From Candidatus Daviesbacteria bacterium GW2011_GWA1_41_61 (GTDB lineage Bacteria > Patescibacteriota > Microgenomatia > Daviesbacterales > UBA10151): a stretch of DNA of 64,000 nucleotides. Positions 47,544 to 55,178 of this stretch are shown here, piece by piece. A program made the position numbers and the translations under genes. Every line of letters begins with the position of its first letter. The stretch's first letter is position 1. The notes under the pieces are model-generated. The model was not told the DNA's origin, ran no database searches, and worked only from the letters and a program-made list of their open reading frames with translations. Location: contig LCBT01000003.1 of the NCBI GenBank assembly GCA_000997385.1, forward strand, positions 192,892-256,891. Reading direction: 5' to 3'.

Positions 47544-48698
47544 CTAAGGTTTAATTTTTCGAATCGATGGATCGCGTCCTGGATGAAAACGCAAGTACAG
47601 TCCTAGTAAGAACATTAAAGCACTGATGATGGTCAAGCCTAAGATGGTATAATCTCCGCTGATAGGTAAGACCTCCCCTTCCTCAGCGGCAGCTGCCAGG
47701 ACTTCACCGGCCGGTTGTTGTGGAGCGCTGACTGCAGCTTGTTGAGCAGCTGGTTGAGATGGCGGTTGAGCAGGAGGTTGGGCAGGCTGCTCTTTTTCCT
47801 CCTTTTCCTCATGAGGAGTAATAATGGCCTCTTCTTCCGGACCAATTCTGACTAACTTAATGTTCATCGGACCATTTTCTATGATTGCCTCAAAATCAAT
47901 ATCCCCTGTCTTAATTGATACATCTCCCGAGTTTCCTTCAGCCTCATTATTTCCGGTGTCAGCATCGATATCGACTTCGTCTTCAACATCGGCTCTGTTA
48001 TCTAAAACTACACTAATGTCATTATCTTCATTAACTTTGATGGAGTTGTCAGAGTCTGAGCCATTATCAGCAACCTTTATTGAGATTTCCTTACAGCAAG
48101 ACTCGATATCAACTGAATCAATATTGATATTTTTACTTCTAATCTCTACCCGGCCTTCAATATCCCCGCTGTCAATGGAAACATCTCCGCTGTTTCTATT
48201 GGCGCTGTTACCGCCGGTATTGGCATTAACATCTATGTCATTATTAATTTCTGCCCGTTGATCTATCGAAACATTGGTTTGATTAGAACTGTTTATTTCA
48301 ATATTGTTGTCCGAATCTGAACCGTTGCCGGAAATAGTAGCTTCAGTGGGATTACTGCTGCAACAGGCAATATCAACTGTGGAAACGTTAGCTTGGTTAC
48401 TAACTTCAGTAGTAGTGTTGATATCTCCCGTTTGTATTGAGGCGTCACCCGAGTTGTCAGAGGCACTGTTATTACCACTGTCAGCTGCTTGCTGGACGTT
48501 ACTTCTGATATCAGCATTATTGGATTGTTCAACTGTGGTGTTGGTATCCGAACTTATGGAGATCTGATTGTCAGAGTCTGAGCCGTTACCGGTGATTATT
48601 AGCTCTTCTGCCTGAACATAGGGAGAAAATCCTACCATGATGATTAAAGTTAAAGTAATAGTTAATATCAGTCGGCTGTAACATTTTCCGGTTATCAT
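47544..48698 (-). CDS. Secreted tandem-repeat surface protein (3 x ~88-aa repeats) with a C-terminal LPISG, hydrophobic, basic sorting-signal-like tail
   Basis: Signal peptide. Repeats ITGNGSDSDNxI...ADTGNN...GDVSIxTGDI, each with a CC pair. PAQPPAQPP linker. Tail VLPISGDYTILGLTIISALMFLLGLYLRFHPGRDPSIRKIKP. Confidence 0.65.
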   Translation of the reverse strand: MITGKCYSRLILTITLTLIIMVGFSPYVQAEELIITGNGSDSDNQISISSDTNTTVEQSNNADIRSNVQQAADSGNNSASDNSGDASIQTGDINTTTEVSNQANVSTVDIACCSSNPTEATISGNGSDSDNNIEINSSNQTNVSIDQRAEINNDIDVNANTGGNSANRNSGDVSIDSGDIEGRVEIRSKNINIDSVDIESCCKEISIKVADNGSDSDNSIKVNEDNDISVVLDNRADVEDEVDIDADTGNNEAEGNSGDVSIKTGDIDFEAIIENGPMNIKLVRIGPEEEAIITPHEEKEEKEQPAQPPAQPPSQPAAQQAAVSAPQQPAGEVLAAAAEEGEVLPISGDYTILGLTIISALMFLLGLYLRFHPGRDPSIRKIKP

Positions 48699-48776
48699 TT
48701 CTTCTTTTACCTATATATTTTATGAAGCTCAGGTATTAAAAAGATTAAGGTAATGTAAGAAAAGTGTCACAATTGT

Positions 48777-51041
48777 TTATCTTACTCTGCCATAATCTCT
48801 AAGCTTTTTAGTTGCCAGTGTCAGTATTAACAGAAGTGGAGCCAAAGGTAGAAGCCAAGCTAAATTAAAGGTAATTGTTTTGGCTTCGTTTTGTGTCCCT
48901 TTAGTCAGTGTTACCGCTTGTCCACCGGAAGTTTCTTCAAAGCTTTCCCCGGCTACTTCGGCAGCATCTTCTGAATCATTATTTGAATATATCAATCCTC
49001 CGGTGTGAAGGATTTTTTTAATTGGTTCAGCTACGGCTGAGGCAACTGAGGTATTGGTATTATTAGCTGGAGCTGATTGATTATTTTGGCTGTTGGAATT
49101 ACTGAGAGCAGTTTGGTTAGATTGCTGATTTCCTTGCTCAACTGGATTATTGCCAGCCTGAGTTGTGTTTTCAGTTTGGACCTCTTTTTGATATCCGGGT
49201 CCGACGAAATCCCCAATCCATTTGCCGAAGACATTGATAGTGACGACTGTCAGCCTGCCACCCCCCACAATATTGTTATTGACGAAGTTAACTAAATTGG
49301 CCACGATATTGGCATCACCGGTGGTAATAGATGAATTTCCGCCGGTATTTTTAGAAGCGCTGTTACCGCCGGTATTGGCAAAAAGATTAATGTTATTTAA
49401 AATTTTGGCTACATTATTTTGGACGGTGGTATTACTTGCAGTTTGATCTATGGAGGCTGTATTTTGGGAATCTGAACCGTTCCCTTGATTGGTAGCGGTA
49501 ATATCACCGCTACTGTTTATAGTAAACTGGGTTCCTTTTGACCCGGCATAATTGGTGCCATAAGAGGAGCCAATGATTTTACCGACCCATTCCCCCGCCT
49601 CATTGACCAAAACTAACCACCAGTCTCCACCGGTTATATTGGAGTTGGCGATATTTAAAGTTTGGCTGTCAACATTGGCATCACCGGTTTGGATTTGAGA
49701 GCTGCCTCCGGTATTTTTATTGGTCTCGTTGTCTCCGGTGGCGGCTTGGAGGTTTAAGTTGTTTTCAATTTGAGCAATATTAGTTTGGAAAGTTTGATTA
49801 GTTGAGTCCTGATCTAAAGTTGCCGTGTTTTGGGAGCCAGATCCGTTATCTGTATTAGAAACTGTGGTAGTGGAGGTAGTTCCTAATACAGGTAAGATAA
49901 TATCTCCTATTAAATCTCCGAAGATATTGACAATACCCAAGACCACTTGGCCGGCGATATTGTTATTAATAAAGTTTAAAACATTGGCGGCAGCATTAGC
50001 ATCGCCGGTAGTAATGGTTGAATCTCCGCCGGTATTTTTATCGGCATCATTATCGCCGCTGTTAGAGGATAAAGTCAGGTTATTTTCTAAAGTAGCATCG
50101 TTATTTTGAAAAGTTTGACTGTCGCTAGTTTGTTCCACCTGAGCGGAGTTAGTTGAATCTGTGCCGTTATCAGTATTGGCGACCAAGGTGTCTGAAAAAG
50201 CAGAACACCCTAAAACACAGCCGGCAGCTAAATTTAATATCAGATCACCATTTTGATCATCTACTACGTTAAATTCAGAGACAGCCACCCCGGCTAAATT
50301 GGTATTTAGGGCGGTAATAAGGTTAACTGTAGTATTGGCATCACCGGTGTCGATACTTGAGCTGCCGACATTTTCCGAAGTGGAATTTTTACCGGTGTTG
50401 GTATCAAGGTCTAAGCTATTTTGTGCATCAGCGAGGTTATTTGAAACGGTGGTAATACCGGAATCACTATTTAAGGAAGCAGAGTTATCAGATCTTGAGC
50501 CGTTATCAGTATTTTCTACAGTTACACTGCTGTCACCCGGTAAGGTTGCCGCAGAATAGTTTTCATTAGCAGATGTAGTTACTGTAGCTGTGTTTAAGGC
50601 ATTTCCGGTGGTAATTTGAGGGTCCCCTACCTCCCCGTCTTTGGACTCCCCTCCGGTAGTTTGAGAGACTTCATTGTCTATCGGTGGTGTTGTATTTGAT
50701 GAGTTGGAAGTATCTTCAGTTAAGCTTTCAGTTGGGGTATCAGAGGGGGTGGAAGGCGGGACAAGTGTTTCTTCTGGCAGTGATTCTGTAGAAGTGGGGG
50801 ATATTTCTTTTAAAGTAGAGTTTTCAGTTGGAGCAGGCGATGGTTCAAGCAGGGATTCTAAAGTAGGCGCTTCTGGCGGTGTTGGTTCAGCCGGAGGAGG
50901 TGGTGGTGCGGACTGCTCTGCCCTGGGTGTTGGTTCAGCCGGAGATGTAGGCGCTTCCAAGGCTGTGACTGTAGCTACTTGACTAAAAAGTAAAGTAATA
51001 ACTGTTATTACTGATAAAGTTTTTTTAAGTTTTTTGATCAT
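48777..51041 (-). CDS. Large secreted tandem-repeat protein (754 aa) of the same repeat family, Pro/Thr-rich N-terminal stalk, C-terminal TM anchor
   Basis: Signal peptide. PT-rich region. At least 5 repeats NTDNGSxSxN...NTGGxS.I.TGDAN...N.NN.IxG. C-terminus LAWLLPLAPLLLILTLATKKLRDYGRVR. Confidence 0.65.
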   Translation of the reverse strand: MIKKLKKTLSVITVITLLFSQVATVTALEAPTSPAEPTPRAEQSAPPPPPAEPTPPEAPTLESLLEPSPAPTENSTLKEISPTSTESLPEETLVPPSTPSDTPTESLTEDTSNSSNTTPPIDNEVSQTTGGESKDGEVGDPQITTGNALNTATVTTSANENYSAATLPGDSSVTVENTDNGSRSDNSASLNSDSGITTVSNNLADAQNSLDLDTNTGKNSTSENVGSSSIDTGDANTTVNLITALNTNLAGVAVSEFNVVDDQNGDLILNLAAGCVLGCSAFSDTLVANTDNGTDSTNSAQVEQTSDSQTFQNNDATLENNLTLSSNSGDNDADKNTGGDSTITTGDANAAANVLNFINNNIAGQVVLGIVNIFGDLIGDIILPVLGTTSTTTVSNTDNGSGSQNTATLDQDSTNQTFQTNIAQIENNLNLQAATGDNETNKNTGGSSQIQTGDANVDSQTLNIANSNITGGDWWLVLVNEAGEWVGKIIGSSYGTNYAGSKGTQFTINSSGDITATNQGNGSDSQNTASIDQTASNTTVQNNVAKILNNINLFANTGGNSASKNTGGNSSITTGDANIVANLVNFVNNNIVGGGRLTVVTINVFGKWIGDFVGPGYQKEVQTENTTQAGNNPVEQGNQQSNQTALSNSNSQNNQSAPANNTNTSVASAVAEPIKKILHTGGLIYSNNDSEDAAEVAGESFEETSGGQAVTLTKGTQNEAKTITFNLAWLLPLAPLLLILTLATKKLRDYGRVR

Positions 51042-51122
51042 TTTTTATTCCTTTCTGTTTTGATTTGGTTTCAGGGTGCCTTACTGAAGTGCAGGTAAGG
51101 CTACCCTTTATACCAAATTTAC

Positions 51123-52403
51123 TTAAGCAGAAAGATGCAGTCCTTCAAGGAGTTGGCTAAGTAAGTCCTCGAGTTCGTCAAGGTCAAAATCAAAGTCAAA
51201 ATCTACATCCTCGCCAAAGAGATTAACGTTAGCACTGTTGCTAGCTTCAACCTTAGTCTCGGCATCACCGGTACTGGTTTCAACATCACCATCGGTGTTA
51301 TCGTTGGCTTTGTTATCACCAGTAAAAGCGTCTGCCCAAACCTCATTTTCCACCTCACAACCTCTGTGGTCTCCATGTTGGTTCCCATCTAAGAACAAGT
51401 CATGGTTTTCAGGTTTGTTGTCCTTTCCGCAGTTGCTTTGAAAGACCTCTAATTCGTTTTCTAACTCAGCTTCAATCTCATTGTCAGAACCCGAACCGTT
51501 ACCAGAAATTTCAGCTTCTACGTCGAATAAACAACAATCCACATCAGCGGCGTTAAAGTTAACGGCGTTGTCAACTTCAACCCGGGTTTGGGCGTCGCCG
51601 GTGTCAATGGAAACATCACCATCGGTATTATCGTTGGCGTCATTGTTACCGGTGTTTGAATCTGCCCAGATACCGTTTTTGATATCTGCTTTATTTTCCT
51701 GAACCACCAAGACCGATCGGTCAAGATCAAGGTCAATAGTGTTATCGGAGTCTGAACCGTTTCCCGAGATCTCCAGATCTACCCCGTTTTCATCACCGTT
51801 GCCGCCGATATTGGCAATATTGGCGTTAGCGCGGTTTTGAACATCCACGGTGGTCGAAGCATCTCCAGTATCAATGGAAACATCACCATCGGTATTATCG
51901 TTGGCGTCATTGTTACCGGTGTTTGAATCTGCGCTAACCCAGTTTCTGATATCAGCGTTGTTTGATTGAAAAACTTTAGTTTCGTTTTCGGACTCAAGCT
52001 CCACATTGTTATCGGAGTCTGAACCGTTACCTGAGATCTCCACATTAGTGTCACCATTACAGGTTCCACAATTTTCCAAGTCAGCTACGTTTAAGTTAGC
52101 TTGATTTTGGACTTCTACTCTAGTGGTGGCATCTCCGGTATCTACTTGCACATCCCCGCCGGTGTTATCATTGGCATCGTTATTGCCGGTATCTGCACTT
52201 GCGTTAATTCGGTTAGTGATTTCAGCATTATTTTCCTGAACAACAGTTGTGTTGTTATTTGTAGTAACATCAACAGTACTATCAGAATCCGAGCCGTTAC
52301 CGGTAATCTCTAGGGTTGTAGTAGCCAAAGCTGGTGTGGCCAGAGCGTAAAGGAGAAGTGATGCGGTAGCAATCGCTGTAGCTATCTTTTGTCTTATCAT
52401 TTT
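51123..52403 (-). CDS. Secreted tandem-repeat protein (start MIRQK with a strong RBS), same GNGSDSDN/ADTGNN/TGDA repeat family, acidic C-terminus
   Basis: Signal peptide ATASLLLYALATPALA. Four or more repeats ISGNGSDSDNxVE...ADSNTGNNDANDNTDGDVSIDTGDA. Cys pairs. C-terminus DFDFDFDLDELEDLL without a TM. Confidence 0.65.
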   Translation of the reverse strand, partial: KMIRQKIATAIATASLLLYALATPALATTTLEITGNGSDSDSTVDVTTNNNTTVVQENNAEITNRINASADTGNNDANDNTGGDVQVDTGDATTRVEVQNQANLNVADLENCGTCNGDTNVEISGNGSDSDNNVELESENETKVFQSNNADIRNWVSADSNTGNNDANDNTDGDVSIDTGDASTTVDVQNRANANIANIGGNGDENGVDLEISGNGSDSDNTIDLDLDRSVLVVQENKADIKNGIWADSNTGNNDANDNTDGDVSIDTGDAQTRVEVDNAVNFNAADVDCCLFDVEAEISGNGSGSDNEIEAELENELEVFQSNCGKDNKPENHDLFLDGNQHGDHRGCEVENEVWADAFTGDNKANDNTDGDVETSTGDAETKVEASNSANVNLFGEDVDFDFDFDLDELEDLLSQLLEGLHLSA

Positions 52404-52692
52404 CTCACCCCCTTTCTTTCCTGAAAAAATCCGCTTATGGCGGAGCACTTCATTGACCATATCTTAAAAATTTCCTTTTAAAAAAGAATTAAGATCTGGT
52501 AAGAGTTTAGTAATAAGGTAACCTATAGAGGCTAATGGAAAGTTTAACTGTTTAAAGGAATAGACTAAGAACTAAGGAATAATAAGTAATATTATGGGGA
52601 ATGTGGTTTACGTTATAGCAAAACAATGAGGCCTATATATGTAACGCTTGATTTAATAGTTGTTTGGATTAGCGGTGGGGATTTAGACTCTA

Positions 52693-53289
52693 TCAGAACT
52701 GAAGATCAAAAGTTGTTTTTTCTCCGTTGATCTCCCCCACTTGGACCTGAAAATTTTTTTGCCCCTCATTTACCGGAAAACCAAGTCTGGTATATTTAGT
52801 AGAGATAGGCTGAGCTTCTACCGGATCGTTATGAATATCCGGGGCCAGCCACTCCTGTCCCCCATTGGCTGAGATTCGCAGGAAATCCCGGGTGTTGACC
52901 TGAATTTTTTGTTGGCCTTCGTTTATCAACCTCAAGTTAAATATCAAAAAGATCCGTCCTGCTACAGCCGTGGCTTTCTGTCCTTTAACCACTATTTCCT
53001 TCCTCACTTCAGCTCCTTCAATATTATATTTTAGAGTTCCTACTTGTTTACCCTGGCTGTCATTTATCGGAAAGCTGAATTCTTTATTTAAAGATGTTTT
53101 GGCGGTTGGTTCAGCTATTTGCAGGGATTTATTAGGGATGGGAGCAGTTAAAGAAAAATTATCCTGAGAATTTTTTAATAGGCCGGGTCGAGTACCCAGA
53201 AAGATCAAACTTCCTGCTGCTAAAATGCCTAACCCGATAAAAAGGTATTTTTTAGATAACCTGATAGAGGGAATTCTAGCTGTTAACAT
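52693..53289 (-). CDS. Membrane-anchored hypothetical protein (DUF4352-like beta-sandwich)
   Basis: N-terminal TM helix, then a ~150-aa beta-rich domain. Confidence 0.5.
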   Translation of the reverse strand: MLTARIPSIRLSKKYLFIGLGILAAGSLIFLGTRPGLLKNSQDNFSLTAPIPNKSLQIAEPTAKTSLNKEFSFPINDSQGKQVGTLKYNIEGAEVRKEIVVKGQKATAVAGRIFLIFNLRLINEGQQKIQVNTRDFLRISANGGQEWLAPDIHNDPVEAQPISTKYTRLGFPVNEGQKNFQVQVGEINGEKTTFDLQF

Positions 53290-53707
53290 TTAATTTAATT
53301 TTTACCTCCTGCTCACGGTTATTTTTAATAATTTCTACCTCTACTTTTTGTTGACCGCGGGAGCCAACCAGTTTATTTAAAACATCACCATTAGTTTTGG
53401 TTTGGACAAAAGAGGTAGTATTCATCCCCAAAGCTTTAATTTTTTCTTTATACCAATCAGTAATAACTTGGGGATCATCAAAGCTTATAAAAGCTTGTTG
53501 GTTTTGGTCATTAATAATATTTCGGGAATTAGGATACTTCAGACCAGAGATATTACTATCTGAACCCCCTTGATTGTTAGGAGTAACTGTCGGTGAGACA
53601 GGGCTTGGGCTAAGTTCTTTTCTGAAACCGGCAGTTTGGTTTAAATAGGCTGCGGAGATCACGATCAAGGTAAATAAAATTAAGACAATTAAGATTTGCG
53701 GGCTCAT
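53276..53707 (-). CDS. Membrane-anchored hypothetical protein (143 aa)
   Basis: N-terminal TM helix. Overlaps the downstream ORF by 14 nt. Confidence 0.45.
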   Translation of the reverse strand: MSPQILIVLILFTLIVISAAYLNQTAGFRKELSPSPVSPTVTPNNQGGSDSNISGLKYPNSRNIINDQNQQAFISFDDPQVITDWYKEKIKALGMNTTSFVQTKTNGDVLNKLVGSRGQQKVEVEIIKNNREQEVKIKLNVNS

Positions 53708-53781
53708 GACAAGATAATCATATTTTTTAACAGTAAGAAATCAACCATAGCTTGGTAATAGTTGGGAAAGAAGGCTGTTTC

Positions 53782-55083
53782 CTAACTGCAGCTTTGAGTC
53801 GGGTTGTATTTAGAGCCGTAAGTACCTACAGAGTTGCCGCCATCATTTGTAGACATATTATTATCACAAACTTTACCCTGAGGTGTTCTTTGGAATTTTA
53901 TACCCCCTGATTTATTATTCTTGATAATATTTTGGTAAATATTATTGTTAATACCTTGAGTCTCTTTATCTCCACCTAGTCTAATTCCTGCGCCGCTATT
54001 TCCGTAAATTTCATTATTTTTAAAAGTATTTCCCTCTCCCCGGGAATCCATCCCCCCGGAATTACTGTCTTTTTGACCGGTACACTTATTGTTCTCCATC
54101 ATGTTTGCTGAGGCAGCTTCTTTAATGTCAACACACTCATTTCCTTGAGTGTCAATAGTATTGTCATGGATAAAGTTGCCGTTTGATTGATCCGGATCAG
54201 AAGTAGGGTTTTTTCCGTCACCCAGCTGTTCCGGAGCAGTGCCAATATAGATCCCTTCCCCATTTTTACCACCGCCATTGAATTTAAAATCATAAACTCC
54301 ACAATTTGTGATAGTATTGCCGGCAATTTCATTATTTTGAGCAAAATATCTTAGTCTGATACACTCTCCCCCAGCATTTTTAAGAGTCATTCCCAAAACC
54401 TTCAGCCCTGTAACTCCGGATTTAGTTTCTTTGCCTTGTACATAAAGTAACTTGTCACGGTATCCGGAAGATGAAGATGAGGATCCAAAAAGACCATCAA
54501 TAGTAAAACCCCTAAGTGTTATAGAATCATGGTTTATTTCAAAAATCCGGCCTTTCCCCCCGCCTTTGATAACTGCTTCTTTAGGCCCGGAAATAATAAT
54601 TGGTTTATCAGAAGTTCCATTTCTTTTGGTGATTATATCCTGAGAATATGTCCCCGGGGCTAGGGCAATTGTCTCTCCTCCCTGGGCTAAGTCGACTGCC
54701 TTCTGAATTGTCTTAAAGGGTTTATCTGCGGATAGTCCATTATTTTCATCGCTTCCGGAAGGATTAATATAATAACTTTTTAAAGCGGTTGGTGCAGAAA
54801 CGGGCTGAGCAGCCGCTGAAAGCGTTGTGGTGGGTGTTGCTTGGACTATATTACTGCTGTTGATAATGACTGTGCTGGCGTTTACCACAACGGTCCCGGT
54901 AGTGGTAATATTTTGAGTAGCAGCCTCTTGGGCATCAGCTCCAGTTCTAAAGATAATTTGCTGTAGTAAGAGAGTAGAGATTACAGTAGATATTAGTATA
55001 AGACTATACTTAGCAGAACTAGCTGAAATCTTTTTAAGTCTACCAAGGAAAAAATATTTCATCCGGTGGGCAAGTTTTAACAT
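53782..55083 (-). CDS. Secreted right-handed parallel beta-helix (pectate-lyase-fold) protein
   Basis: N-terminal anchor or signal. SYYINPSGSDENNGLSADKPFKTIQKAVDLAQGGETIALAPGTY is the typical beta-helix enzyme N-cap. Many N/G-rich turns follow. Confidence 0.65.
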   Translation of the reverse strand: MLKLAHRMKYFFLGRLKKISASSAKYSLILISTVISTLLLQQIIFRTGADAQEAATQNITTTGTVVVNASTVIINSSNIVQATPTTTLSAAAQPVSAPTALKSYYINPSGSDENNGLSADKPFKTIQKAVDLAQGGETIALAPGTYSQDIITKRNGTSDKPIIISGPKEAVIKGGGKGRIFEINHDSITLRGFTIDGLFGSSSSSSGYRDKLLYVQGKETKSGVTGLKVLGMTLKNAGGECIRLRYFAQNNEIAGNTITNCGVYDFKFNGGGKNGEGIYIGTAPEQLGDGKNPTSDPDQSNGNFIHDNTIDTQGNECVDIKEAASANMMENNKCTGQKDSNSGGMDSRGEGNTFKNNEIYGNSGAGIRLGGDKETQGINNNIYQNIIKNNKSGGIKFQRTPQGKVCDNNMSTNDGGNSVGTYGSKYNPTQSCS

Positions 55084-55178
55084 TGGTTAGTGGAATTTGA
55101 CGCTTAATTTAATAAGCGGCTGAGATTGTAAGTTCAATTTAATAATTTGTCAAGTTTTTTGTAAGGACAAGATAGGGG

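Noticed and set aside
51041-51123. Perfect 7-bp hairpin GCCTTAC...GTAAGGC between repeat-protein genes B and C as a terminator
   Set aside because: No U-tract on either strand. It may be an RNA processing or stability element, but the evidence is insufficient to call a terminator.
47824-52313. Numerous 60-145-aa ORFs on the plus strand across the repeat-protein genes (e.g. 47824-48261, 49077-49295, 50674-50982, 51481-51702)
   Set aside because: Antisense to the long repeat-protein ORFs. Low-complexity Ser/Leu/Pro translations typical of antisense frames of repetitive DNA.
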